Assembly: GCA_964491475.1 (NCBI GenBank)
Contig: CAZBFO010000002.1
Location: forward strand, 144,501 to 208,500
Length of the DNA: 64,000 nt
Source: an uncultured Gammaproteobacteria bacterium
GTDB lineage: Bacteria; Patescibacteriota; Patescibacteriia; SG8-24
Direction of reading: 5' to 3'
Shown here one piece after another: positions 10,511 through 19,555 of this stretch. Position numbers and translations under genes: made by a program. Numbering within the stretch: position 1 is the stretch's first letter; the number at the start of each line of letters is the position of its first letter. The notes under the pieces were generated by a model. It saw only the letters and a program-made list of their open reading frames with translations. It had not been told where the DNA came from and did not search any database.

Positions 10511-11131
10511 ATGCAGCGCCGCACCAAGATCATCATCGCCGTCATCGTCCTCGTCTTGCTCGCGCTGATCGCGATGCTGTTCCTGCTGAAGCCTCCGGCG
10601 GCCGCTCCGGCCCCCAAGCCGACGCCCGCGCCTGCGGCCAACGTCAACGTGAACAGGCCGACGACGCAGAACACCAACAACCGGCCCGCAGGTAACGTCA
10701 ACGTCGCGGTCAGCACCAACGCGCCGCCACCCGCGCCGGCCGACGACAAGACCGGTCTCAAGAACACCGCGCGTTCGTTTGCCGAGCTGTTCGGCAGCTC
10801 CTCGACCGAAGGCAATTATCAGAACATCGTCGACGCCGAGTACTACATGACGGCCTCGGTTAAGGCCTGGGCGGAACAGTACGTCGCCGAGCAACGCGCC
10901 AAGCCGAAGACCGGCGAGTTTTCCGGCACTACCACCCGTGCCATCTTCGAACCTGACGTGCTGGCGTATGACAAGGACGCAGGCACGGCGACGGTCGTGG
11001 TGAAGACCCGCCGCATCGAGACCGGCGCCACCATCGGCGCGCAGAACGTGTACTACCAGGACCTGACCCTGAACTTCGTGAAGGCGGGGGAGGCCTGGAA
11101 GGTGAACCGCTTCACTTGGGGAGACAAGTAA
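10511..11131 (+). CDS. Bitopic membrane protein, possible VirB8/TcpC-like component
   Basis: N-terminal TM, Pro/Asn linker, NTF2-like ending (LNFVKAGEAWKVNRF); 3 bp after virB4. Confidence 0.55.
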   Translation: MQRRTKIIIAVIVLVLLALIAMLFLLKPPAAAPAPKPTPAPAANVNVNRPTTQNTNNRPAGNVNVAVSTNAPPPAPADDKTGLKNTARSFAELFGSSSTEGNYQNIVDAEYYMTASVKAWAEQYVAEQRAKPKTGEFSGTTTRAIFEPDVLAYDKDAGTATVVVKTRRIETGATIGAQNVYYQDLTLNFVKAGEAWKVNRFTWGDK

Positions 11132-11150
11132 AAGGAAATCTGCACGTGAG

Positions 11151-11172
11151 GCGAGCCCGCGAGGCTCGCTTT
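11151..11172 (+). terminator. Intrinsic terminator
   Basis: GCGAGCC-cgcga-GGCTCGC-TTT. Confidence 0.55.
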
Positions 11173-11228
11173 CGGTTCTCCGCCAGCCGATTTGCGCCGC
11201 TTCGTCCGACGTGGTAAGCGGACCCCGT

Positions 11229-11918
11229 ATGCCGATGCCTTCGCTTCGGGTCGCCGCCGAACTGGCCTGCAGGGTCGTCTTTCCGCACTTTTGCGTGGGC
11301 TGCAAAGAGGAAGGGCAGGTGCTTTGCGCTGACTGCGATCTGGAGTTGCGCGTCTTGGGGAGCGGCAGCTTCGGCTTACCGCCGAAGGGAGACGGCCGCT
11401 ATGCCATCGACTCCCTTGCCAGCGCGCTGCCGTACGCGGAGCCGGTGCCGCGCACCTTGCTGCAACAGTACAAGTACGAGCGCGTAGAGGAGGCTGGCGC
11501 GGCGGTCGTCGAGGCGTTCGGACGTTTCGTGCGATGGAACGAAGAACGTTTCTGCGCCATGGCCGAAGGCGCGGTCGTGCTGCCAGTGCCCATGCATCCG
11601 TGGAAGCAGGCGTGGCGCGGCTTCAATCAGGCCGAGACGCTTGCCGCCGTCTTTGCCGTAAACACCGGCTCGCGAGCGGCGAGAGGCGTCCTTTGCCGGC
11701 GCTTCGGACTGAAGGCGCAGGCCCAACTGCGGGATCGCGACATGCGAAGCGCCAACGCCTCGGGAAGCGTGCGGGTCGCGCGAAAGTTTCCCGCCGGAAC
11801 CCGCTTCATTTTGGTCGACGACGTCTTTACGACGGGAGCGACGCTTGACGCCTGCGCGGACGCGCTCAAGCGCGCCGGAGCCGGGGAGGTCCATGCCGTC
11901 ACGTTCCTGAAAGGATAA
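11229..11918 (+). CDS. comF: ComF family competence protein (zinc ribbon + PRTase)
   Basis: CVGC/CADC, PVPMH..RGFNQA, LVDDVFTTGATL. Confidence 0.9.
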   Translation: MPMPSLRVAAELACRVVFPHFCVGCKEEGQVLCADCDLELRVLGSGSFGLPPKGDGRYAIDSLASALPYAEPVPRTLLQQYKYERVEEAGAAVVEAFGRFVRWNEERFCAMAEGAVVLPVPMHPWKQAWRGFNQAETLAAVFAVNTGSRAARGVLCRRFGLKAQAQLRDRDMRSANASGSVRVARKFPAGTRFILVDDVFTTGATLDACADALKRAGAGEVHAVTFLKG

Positions 11919-11958
11919 AAAAAGCGAGCCGGACACTTGCGTGCCGCGCTCGCGGAAG

Positions 11959-12438
11959 TCATTGGCGGTATTCCTGCAGCACCTTGACGAAGGGATACTT
12001 CTTGGCGCTGTAGCCGTAGCCGCGGAGAAGATCTCTGGTACCGCGGTACTCCTCGTCGTAGCCCCAGTTGAAGGAGACCCGATTGGCCCACCAGTAATAG
12101 TAGAACCCTTCGGTGGTCACGAACTCCCTGTACTCGGTCGGAACGAACTGCACCAGTTTGCAGTCGTAGCCCCGTCCGGCCGAAGTGACGCAGACGCGCA
12201 TCGGGCGGGTGTCGACCTTGGCGACCTCCACCCATGGGGCCGAGACGTTCCAGCCGGGCGTGTCGAGCTTGATCTCGCCGCTGAACACGTCGCGCATGAT
12301 GCCGACGTGCCCGTAGTCGGTGTAATGGACGAAGGCCAGCCAAAACAGGGTGATGACTGACATCGTCGTGACGGCTGCGATCCGGCGCGGCGTTCCGACG
12401 AGACGTTTCGCGGCCTTGAGCGCCGACGTCCGGTTCAT
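11959..12438 (-). CDS. Hypothetical single-TM protein, paralog of 12435..12926
   Basis: ATG at 12438 overlaps upstream TGA (ATGA); VDTRPMRVCV..CKLVQF motif. Confidence 0.7.
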   Translation of the reverse strand: MNRTSALKAAKRLVGTPRRIAAVTTMSVITLFWLAFVHYTDYGHVGIMRDVFSGEIKLDTPGWNVSAPWVEVAKVDTRPMRVCVTSAGRGYDCKLVQFVPTEYREFVTTEGFYYYWWANRVSFNWGYDEEYRGTRDLLRGYGYSAKKYPFVKVLQEYRQ

Positions 12439-12926
12439 TTCCGCGTGTCGTCCGCGCCGTTTTCCGGCTTCAGCTCGCGGATCACGGTCATGAAGGGATA
12501 CTCCTTGCCAGAGCCGTCGAAGGCGTAGCTGGTGAGTATCTGGGTGAGGTTGCCTCCGTACGCGTGGCCGTTGCTGTCGACGGATGAACCGCCTTTGTAA
12601 TCGCCGTTGCCGTGCCAGCTGAGGAACGTGTCGAGCCCTTGCGGGTTGAACTTCACAAGCTTGCAGTTGAGCACGCGCGAGTTGGCGTTGATGCACACCT
12701 GCATCGGGCGGAGGTCGACCGTGTAGACCTTCACCAGGATGGGCGACGTCACCACGTAACCCGGGTGAGTCAGCACGGTCACCCGTCCGGTTCTGGAGTC
12801 GAACACGTAGCCGAGCTCGTAGTTCTCGACGTGGTTGACCCAGCCGATCCGGAAGACGAGAAGTCCGAAAAGTCCGAGGAGGAACGTTCCCAGCAGGGCC
12901 GCGCCTGCCTTTTCCAATCGGTTCAT
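12435..12926 (-). CDS. Hypothetical single-TM protein (SPFH-like N-terminus)
   Basis: TM then VDLRPMQVCI..CKLVKF; TTGACA-type promoter upstream. Confidence 0.7.
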   Translation of the reverse strand: MNRLEKAGAALLGTFLLGLFGLLVFRIGWVNHVENYELGYVFDSRTGRVTVLTHPGYVVTSPILVKVYTVDLRPMQVCINANSRVLNCKLVKFNPQGLDTFLSWHGNGDYKGGSSVDSNGHAYGGNLTQILTSYAFDGSGKEYPFMTVIRELKPENGADDTRK

Positions 12927-13054
12927 GTTTTGCCTTTTTTTGTCCTGCAGAACGCCGCAGTTTCTTGCGGCCGAAATGAGCGTATGCTCGCTGTTTCCTT
13001 AGCAGAGGCACGGGCCATTGTCAATCAGCGCCGCTTTGCTACAATCGGCTGACC

Positions 13055-13558
13055 ATGCATAAAAACGTCAAGCAGTTCTTTTTGGACGCGCGGCCCATTC
13101 TCGACGCGCTGGACCAGTGGGCCGGGGCCTACGGGCCTGCCGTGGTCGCCGACCACGTCTGCTACAAGTGCGGCAGCCGTCAGGAGTTCGAGGCGCTCCG
13201 CCGCCTTTTCGAGGACGAGAGCGCTTACGTCTACCAGTCGATCATTTCCGGCCGGCGGATCGCCGTCATCAAGTTCAGGCGTCCCCTCAAGACGCTGCTC
13301 GGCGACATCTGGTTCCTGGAGCTTTCCGACCAGAAGCCCGACGGCAGCCAGGAGAGCGGCTTCGATCACGTCGAGGCCTACCCGGTCGCCGGAACCGTCG
13401 AAGAGACGGTCAACGTGCTGCGGGCAAAAGGTTTCGGCTTTGATCGGACCGTCCGCCCGCATCACACCACCTACGACGCCGCGCTCGGCAAGGCGTACAA
13501 GATACGCCTGGAACCGGAGCGGCTGGTCCAGAAGATCAAGAACGACGAAATGCACTGA
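13055..13558 (+). CDS. VOC-superfamily metalloprotein, YecM-like
   Basis: DHVCYKC, ISGRRIAVIK, LELSDQKP, GFDHVE motifs. Confidence 0.75.
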   Translation: MHKNVKQFFLDARPILDALDQWAGAYGPAVVADHVCYKCGSRQEFEALRRLFEDESAYVYQSIISGRRIAVIKFRRPLKTLLGDIWFLELSDQKPDGSQESGFDHVEAYPVAGTVEETVNVLRAKGFGFDRTVRPHHTTYDAALGKAYKIRLEPERLVQKIKNDEMH

Positions 13559-13562
13559 CACG

Positions 13563-13586
13563 CACGGCCTTCGGGCCGTGTTTTTT
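13563..13586 (+). terminator. Intrinsic terminator
   Basis: CACGGCC-TTCG-GGCCGTG-TTTTTT. Confidence 0.85.
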
Positions 13587-13623
13587 GCATGAAAAAGCGA
13601 AGCCCGTGCAGGGCTTCGCGCAT

Positions 13624-14205
13624 TCAGGTCTTGGCGAAGAAGTGGTGGTCGAGCTCGGGGCCCCAACGGCACTGCTGGCTTAGTTTCCCGGATTCCGGTT
13701 CGCTCACGGGCGGTACGAACGGTTTTCGTTCGCTCCAGGCCGCTTGCACCGTGGCGCCGATGTGGCCGTTGTAAGTGGCACCGTTCGCGCTGCTTGCGGA
13801 GATGACGCCGACTTCGGGGAAGGCGTCGTCCTGTCCGCAAAGCGCGGCGGCGAGGGCTGCCGCGTGGCAGCAGTCGTTGACGACGAGCGTCGGACCTTTC
13901 CGGCACAGGCCCAAAGCGTCGACGAGCCTGGCATACGGCAGCTCCAGCCAGGTGTCGGCGTCATGCTTGCCGTACGCCCAACCGTCCTCGGAGCCGTGTC
14001 CGATGTAGACGATCAGCAGCGGTTGCCGTCCCGCCAGGTAGCCCTGGTTGGCAATCAGGCCCAAGAGAAGGGAATCCGTCTTGTTCCAGGCGGATATCTG
14101 CTTCACCAGCTTGATGCCGGCGCGCACGTGGAGAAAGTATTCGAACGATTGCGCCTCTTCATGCGCCTGCAGTTCGTGACCCACGACGATGACTGCTCGT
14201 GACAT
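13624..14205 (-). CDS. Caspase-like (clan CD) cysteine peptidase
   Basis: Hydrophobic strand + GHG (LIVYIGHG) and strand + D-C-C (LVVNDCCHAA) dyad pattern. Confidence 0.6.
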   Translation of the reverse strand: MSRAVIVVGHELQAHEEAQSFEYFLHVRAGIKLVKQISAWNKTDSLLLGLIANQGYLAGRQPLLIVYIGHGSEDGWAYGKHDADTWLELPYARLVDALGLCRKGPTLVVNDCCHAAALAAALCGQDDAFPEVGVISASSANGATYNGHIGATVQAAWSERKPFVPPVSEPESGKLSQQCRWGPELDHHFFAKT

Positions 14206-14294
14206 GCGTTACTCCTCGTTGCCATATGTAGCCCAAAAAGGCGTTTCAGTCAATACGCAAGGATCTCACGCGATGGCGCGAGGTCCGTGCCCGT

Positions 14295-14546
14295 TTAACG
14301 ATGTTTGCACCCGACCCAGCAGCACGGCCGGCGCCTGCCCTCGATGATTTCCGTCCAAGTCCTTTTGATTCGGTGCGCCCGCGTTTCTTCTTTTTTGGCG
14401 TCCTCGATCCAGCAGATGAATTCGTTGCGGGCGAGGGGAGTGATGTCCTCCCAGGCGGCCCTTGCTTTCGGAGATGCCAAGAGCGCCTCCCGCAGGTCCG
14501 GGGGGAGCTTGTGGACGACGCCTGCGGAGATTCTTTGCGTCTGCAT
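14295..14546 (-). CDS. YdeI/OmpD-associated family protein
   Basis: LPPDLREAL...LARNEFICWIEDAKKEETRAHRI...RRPCCW. Confidence 0.85.
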   Translation of the reverse strand: MQTQRISAGVVHKLPPDLREALLASPKARAAWEDITPLARNEFICWIEDAKKEETRAHRIKRTWTEIIEGRRRPCCWVGCKHR

Positions 14547-14577
14547 ACCTGCGTCAGCTTCGCCAAGGTCGCCGCGA

Positions 14578-15660
14578 TTATTTTTTTATGAACTTGATGC
14601 CGAATTTTTTCGTCAGCGCCTGCTGCACGCTGTCGTTGTCCGGATTCCTGTCCGGTCCGACGAATTCGGCGAGGGCTTTCTTCTGCAGGCCGATGACCGC
14701 GGTGCACATTTCCTGATACTCCATGGTTTCCAGTCGGCCTCGCAGGTTTTCGGCTTCCTCCGTGATGGCTCCGTTGCCGACCAGTTCCGCCAGCAGCTTC
14801 GCCGTCGCGACCATGTCTTCCGCCGCGCGCGGATTCCGGCTCTTTTGCTGCATGAACGTCTTGGCGTTTTCCTGAACGACCCTGCTCATGTCCGAAACGA
14901 CGTTCGTCTGCCTGTCGATGACGATGGCACGCAGCTCGCCGGGCATGATGACGTTGGCGCCGAGAACTTCATCCTGATATGCCGTCGGATTACCCACCTT
15001 GTATTCTTCTCCCACGACCTGGCTCTTTATGCCGTGGCCGTAGCCGGTCGTAGGGTCCCTCTCGGCGTCGGTCGCGCCGAACGTCTTGATGTCAGGATTG
15101 ATCAGGTACATGACGTTGCCGGGCGGGGTGAACGTCTGTTCCGCGTATTTCGAAAGGGAGATGCTGTCGGCCTCCTGATAGCTGCCGCCCTGTTTAGTAC
15201 GCAGGCCGTTCATCTGTCGTGCCAATTTCTCGGCATCGGGATGGTCCTTACGCAGGGCATCGAACCTGTTTTTGAAGTTGTTGCTCTGTATGCCGAAACG
15301 GAGAATCTGAAAAACGTTGCCCGCCTTCGAGTAGTGCATCAGCGGCTGCTCGCGCTTGGCATCTTCCAGCGAATACTCCGGGCGCTCGGCGTTCGTCTTT
15401 TTCAGCTCCTCGAGCGCCTGCCTCGTGGTGGTGATTTCGGGCGCGGCAGGTCCCATCTCGAGCTGCTCTCGCAGCGCAGACACCTTTTCCTGCTCGTCGA
15501 CGAACCTGTCGACACGTTCGAGCATCAATCTGCGCGCTTCCCGGTATTCTTCCGTGGTTTTCGCCCGATGCAAAATCTCGCGCCGCTTTTCCTTGTCGGG
15601 CTCATTCCTGACGTCTTTCGCGAGTTCGTCGCGGTAGTGCCGCGATTCGGATTCGTTCAT
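14578..15660 (-). CDS. Hypothetical protein, possible ADP-ribosyltransferase-like fold
   Basis: LMHYSKAGNVFQILRFGIQS ... SISLS ... QDEVL pattern. Confidence 0.55.
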   Translation of the reverse strand: MNESESRHYRDELAKDVRNEPDKEKRREILHRAKTTEEYREARRLMLERVDRFVDEQEKVSALREQLEMGPAAPEITTTRQALEELKKTNAERPEYSLEDAKREQPLMHYSKAGNVFQILRFGIQSNNFKNRFDALRKDHPDAEKLARQMNGLRTKQGGSYQEADSISLSKYAEQTFTPPGNVMYLINPDIKTFGATDAERDPTTGYGHGIKSQVVGEEYKVGNPTAYQDEVLGANVIMPGELRAIVIDRQTNVVSDMSRVVQENAKTFMQQKSRNPRAAEDMVATAKLLAELVGNGAITEEAENLRGRLETMEYQEMCTAVIGLQKKALAEFVGPDRNPDNDSVQQALTKKFGIKFIKK

Positions 15661-15743
15661 AACCGGCGCTGTGAGGTAGTTCAGTATCCCAGACTGCTGT
15701 ACATGTTAGGGCTTTTTCAGGAAGTCCCCGAAATTTTCCGTTC

Positions 15744-16184
15744 TTATTGTGCAGGCGCAGCATCTTTTGGGTCAAACTCCACCGTCCATTCGATGCCGTA
15801 CTTGTCCCTGAACATGGCAAATGAGGTGCCCCAAGGGCTTTCATCCAATGGCATTTCAACGGTGCCTCCTTCCGAAAGACCCCTGAAGAGCTTATCGGCT
15901 TCTTCCTTCGTTTCGGCGATGATCGCTATCTTGGACCTGTTTTCGTTCTCGTTCACTCGCCCCATGCTTTCCGGAACGTCATTGGCAATCAAGACGTTTT
16001 TGCCGATAGGCAAGGCGATGCGCATGATCTTATTCGCCTCGTTCTCCGGTACCTGAAATTCGGGGCTTGAGAGGTCCTTGAAACGAAGGATCTTGGTAAA
16101 CTCTCCGCCAAATACCGATTTGTAGAAAGTAAATGCCTCTTCGGCATTTCCATTGAAGTTGATGTAGGGATTGATCGTTGCCAT
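15744..16184 (-). CDS. VOC family protein (PhnB-like)
   Basis: INPYINFNGNAEEAFTFYKSVFGG ... DKYGIEW. Confidence 0.88.
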   Translation of the reverse strand: MATINPYINFNGNAEEAFTFYKSVFGGEFTKILRFKDLSSPEFQVPENEANKIMRIALPIGKNVLIANDVPESMGRVNENENRSKIAIIAETKEEADKLFRGLSEGGTVEMPLDESPWGTSFAMFRDKYGIEWTVEFDPKDAAPAQ

Positions 16185-16313
16185 AGCGGGTTGCGGTTTC
16201 TGCCATTATCTACAAAGAAAATCCTAACTATTTCGACATTCCGGCGTTCGCTCGAAAGGTTTACTGATTGGCCGCCGTACTCCGTTACAGTCCGCCGTAT
16301 ATCGCACGGCGGA

Positions 16314-17117
16314 TTATGCGACATGCCGTTCCACCCAAACATTTGTTCCGTCATTCGTTCCGTAAAATGCTTCTTTCTTACTCAAAAGATTTTTTGCTGT
16401 TACGAATCTCTTTTGTTTTTTTGCCATCTCCCCATCAAAATTTATTTCGGTGGTGTATATGCTTGGAAATTTTCCGGAAGTCGTATCGGTAGGATTAGTA
16501 GGGTCGTAAATATAAACGTTGTCTCCTTGCCGAATAATAACGAAGCTATGCTCTTCGGAAAATTCCTCGTTTTTATTCCAAAGTACATCACCGCTGAAAT
16601 AAGTCGAAGGAACGCCTTCTCGCTGCAGGTATGCTTGAGCGAGCGCGGCGATTTCCGCACACTCGGCAGTATTCGCATTAAAAATATCGCTCAACTTAAC
16701 TTCTTTACCTTTCTCGCCATAAAGTTTTCGCCGCGCCTCCACTCTTCCAGGATTGTCAGGATATTTTTCTTCAAACTTTTTGGTAAACGCAAAAAGTGTT
16801 GCAAACAATTTTTCGTCAATTTCTATCCCTTGCGAACCCAGCCATTCTTTCAATTTTGGCAAATCATACTTACCAGCGAATTCGTGAGCTTCACCGAGAA
16901 ATTGCTTCAGATTTTCAAAATCCCCAGTAACTTTGATATCTGCCTCGGTAGAAAAAATACTTTCACCGCCAACAGGGATACGATCTCCTTCGTCGAACTT
17001 GGATATTTCAAAGCAATGTCCGAAAAGCTTTTTTATTTTTTCTACTTTCTCGGCTTCAGCTTCCGGAGTCGGAGCTTGTTCTTCTGGATTAAATTTTGGC
17101 CCGTTTTCTGTGCTCAT
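16314..17117 (-). CDS. Transglutaminase/papain-like hypothetical protein (AT-rich)
   Basis: AECAEIAALAQ (Cys), EHSFVII (His), YIYDPTNP (Asp); much lower GC than flanks. Confidence 0.6.
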   Translation of the reverse strand: MSTENGPKFNPEEQAPTPEAEAEKVEKIKKLFGHCFEISKFDEGDRIPVGGESIFSTEADIKVTGDFENLKQFLGEAHEFAGKYDLPKLKEWLGSQGIEIDEKLFATLFAFTKKFEEKYPDNPGRVEARRKLYGEKGKEVKLSDIFNANTAECAEIAALAQAYLQREGVPSTYFSGDVLWNKNEEFSEEHSFVIIRQGDNVYIYDPTNPTDTTSGKFPSIYTTEINFDGEMAKKQKRFVTAKNLLSKKEAFYGTNDGTNVWVERHVA

Positions 17118-17244
17118 ATATTTGTTCAGTTCGCATCCCATTGGCCCGCTACCCTAAAAATCATCAGATTTATTACTAAATTTGCTGGCGGTGTACGCGA
17201 GTTCAGTACCCTGTATGTACGGACAATGCGTCCAGGTTGACGCG

Positions 17245-17781
17245 TCAGATGTCTAAAGCGTAGACAGCTTCGTGCTCCACGTCGGCGACGGAGCTGCGGT
17301 CGTGCAGCAGATGCAGCATCCGGATGATCCCGCTGTGCGTCACGACGAGCGGCTTCTTCCAGCGGCCGCCACGCAGGCTGTCGACGAACCGCGTCAGCCG
17401 TTCCTGCACCTGCGCCGCCGATTCGCCCCCGAACTCCCGATAGTCAAACAGCTGCGCTCGGTCCTTTTCACGGATGTCCGGGCCGAGTTTGGCCTTCACG
17501 TCCTCCCACGTCAGCCCCTCCAAGGTCCCGAAATGTCGCTCACGAATGTCTTCATCTTGCACGAGCGGGAGGTTGAGCTGCTCTCGAAAGATCTCCGCCG
17601 TCTGGCACGCTCTTTTCAGCGGCGAACTCACGATGACGTCAAATGTCTCCCTGGATAGTTTGGCGAGCAGCGTCCGGGATTCGGCGATACCATCTTCGTT
17701 CAACACCGGATCGGACCACCCCGAAATCCGCTTATCGCGACCCCAGTCGGTTTTGCCGTGTCGCACGAGGACGATGCGCAT
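17245..17781 (-). CDS. Histidine phosphatase (phosphoglycerate mutase family)
   Basis: LVRHGKT, SSPLKRA, ERHFG, VVTHSG. Confidence 0.9.
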   Translation of the reverse strand: MRIVLVRHGKTDWGRDKRISGWSDPVLNEDGIAESRTLLAKLSRETFDVIVSSPLKRACQTAEIFREQLNLPLVQDEDIRERHFGTLEGLTWEDVKAKLGPDIREKDRAQLFDYREFGGESAAQVQERLTRFVDSLRGGRWKKPLVVTHSGIIRMLHLLHDRSSVADVEHEAVYALDI

Positions 17782-17865
17782 ATGTGCGAAGGGTTATCAA
17801 TGGAAACCTTCATCGGCCTGACCCCGCACCCGAATGCACGCGAGTCGCACGATAAGAACTTGTCG

Positions 17866-17953
17866 TGGCGGAGGGGGTGGGATTCGAACCCACGGAACCT
17901 TTCAGTTCGGCAGATTTCAAGTCTGCTGCCTTAGACCGCTCGGCCACCCCTCC
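17866..17953 (-). tRNA. tRNA-Ser(UGA)
   Basis: GGAGGGG acceptor, anticodon arm GCAGA-CTTGAAA-TCTGC, long variable arm, GTTCGAATC, encoded CCA. Confidence 0.95.
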
Positions 17954-18058
17954 ACGTGTCCGTAGTGTACGGTCGGAGGCCCATTTTATCAATACTTTAG
18001 CCTTATCTTCAGCCCTTCACAAAAACGGGTCGAGCCGATAGTATGTCCGTACAAACGG

Positions 18059-18147
18059 GGAGGGCTGCGCCGAATGGTAAGGCACCAGTTTGCTAAACTG
18101 TGACTCCGCAAGGAGTCTTGTGGGTTCGAGCCCCACGTCCTCCGCCA
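18059..18147 (+). tRNA. tRNA-Ser(GCU)
   Basis: GGAGGGC/GTCCTCC acceptor, CAGT-TTGCTAA-ACTG, long variable arm, GTTCGAG, CCA. Confidence 0.92.
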
Positions 18148-18148
18148 G

Positions 18149-18176
18149 AAAGACGTCTCATGCGAGACGTCTTTTT
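18149..18176 (+). terminator. tRNA terminator
   Basis: AAAGACGTCTC-atgc-GAGACGTCTTTTT. Confidence 0.85.
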
Positions 18177-18236
18177 GATTGCGCGCGTTGACCGCCGCGC
18201 TTTTTGTTGCTTCACTCTTTTTTGGGAGAACCGTTC

Positions 18237-19253
18237 ATGACAAGCATGGTCCAATCCTTTCCGCTCATTTCCGTTTCGGGCGAACCGTACGAGCGCGGGC
18301 AGAGTTACGGTCGGCAGTGCGCGCAACGCATCGCCGCCGTCATCGGTTACTATCGCGGGCGCATCCGGCTCCCGGAATCGCGCATAAGCGCGGTCTCCAG
18401 AGCGGCGCTCACGGCCACGCACCTGCGCGCTCCCGAACTTCGGGAAGAGATGCGCGGCATCGCCCAGGGCGCCGGCGTTTCCGAGCTGGACATCGGTCTG
18501 CTCAATGCCCGCAGCGAGCTCATCGATGCCGACGAATGCACTTCTGCCGCCCTTCCGTCCGCAAGACTGATGGGCCAGACGTGGGACTGGTCGGCGCGGC
18601 TGACCGAATTGACCGTTCTGCTGCATGTGACCAGGCCGGACGGCCTGCGGCTGCTGATGCTGGTCGAGCCGGGCATGGTGGGGAAGATCGGTCTGAGCTC
18701 CGTCGGCCTCGGCGTGTGCATCAACTTCCTCAAGAATCCCGAGCCGGCCGGAGGCGGACTGCCGTTCCATGTGCTGTCGCGCGTGGCGCTCGAGGCTCCG
18801 TCCGCCGATGCGGCCGTCGACGTCATCAGCCGCAACGATCGCGGCTGTGCGGGGCACCTGCTCGTTTCCGACGGGCGAGGCGTCGCTGCCAGCATCGAGC
18901 TGTCCGGCAGGGACATGAGCGTCGAACGCTCCAGCGTCTACGGGCTCTGTCACACCAATCATTACGTGCGGCGCACCGGCCGGCGCCGCGGTCTCCTCCG
19001 CGATTTCGATTCGCGGGCCCGGTTGGACCGCGTCGGCATGGACCTGTGCGAGGCGGCTGCGGCCGAGTCGTCCTTGCAGCTCGTTTTGAGTGACAGCCGC
19101 GGATTCTTTCCGGTCTGCAAGCCGAGGGGCTCGCGTTTCATGAAAGATCCGGTCGTTACGGTTGCCGTGCTTACCATGGACCTGCGGCTCGGACGCCTTT
19201 CCGTCCGTCCCGGACAGGCGGAGGACGCGCCGTTCGCGGAATACCATGTCTAG
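18237..19253 (+). CDS. Peptidase C45 family Ntn-hydrolase
   Basis: GEPYERGQSYG, processing site DECTS, GQTWDW, HTNHY. Confidence 0.85.
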   Translation: MTSMVQSFPLISVSGEPYERGQSYGRQCAQRIAAVIGYYRGRIRLPESRISAVSRAALTATHLRAPELREEMRGIAQGAGVSELDIGLLNARSELIDADECTSAALPSARLMGQTWDWSARLTELTVLLHVTRPDGLRLLMLVEPGMVGKIGLSSVGLGVCINFLKNPEPAGGGLPFHVLSRVALEAPSADAAVDVISRNDRGCAGHLLVSDGRGVAASIELSGRDMSVERSSVYGLCHTNHYVRRTGRRRGLLRDFDSRARLDRVGMDLCEAAAAESSLQLVLSDSRGFFPVCKPRGSRFMKDPVVTVAVLTMDLRLGRLSVRPGQAEDAPFAEYHV

Positions 19254-19305
19254 CTTTCAACGCGCCTCGGGGCGCGTTTTTTGTTTTGTGCTATCCTTGC
19301 CATGT

Positions 19306-19548
19306 ATGAAAGCGAGTCTCGTCGAGTGCGTCGGATGGTACGGCATGGCCGCGGTAGTTCTGGCTTATGCGCTGGTCAGTTTTTCGGTGCTGCGGAGTTC
19401 CGACGTTTCCTATCAGCTGCTCAACATCACCGGTTCGGTCGGTTTGGCCGTCGTGTCGTTCAAAAAGAAGGCGTATCAGCCGGGCGTGCTGAACGTGATC
19501 TGGATGCTCATCGCGCTCGCGGCCTTGGCGAGGATGGCCCTCCGCTGA
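19306..19548 (+). CDS. Small 3-TM membrane protein (CBU_0592-like)
   Basis: GWYG...LAYALVS...YQLLNITGS...AYQPGVLNVIW. Confidence 0.75.
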   Translation: MKASLVECVGWYGMAAVVLAYALVSFSVLRSSDVSYQLLNITGSVGLAVVSFKKKAYQPGVLNVIWMLIALAALARMALR

Positions 19549-19555
19549 AACCGAT

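Noticed and set aside
179-11305. Long minus-strand ORFs (179-1813, 1954-3873, 4935-7901, 8588-11305)
   Set aside because: Antisense shadows of real GC-rich genes; no motifs; same applies to 39333-41942, 51920-53737 and similar
11959-13011. 350-aa ORF as one gene or a frameshift fusion
   Set aside because: Real start is ATG 12438, coupled to the upstream paralog; the upstream part is out-of-frame overlap
17810-17992. 60-aa ORF
   Set aside because: Overlaps tRNA-Ser(UGA)
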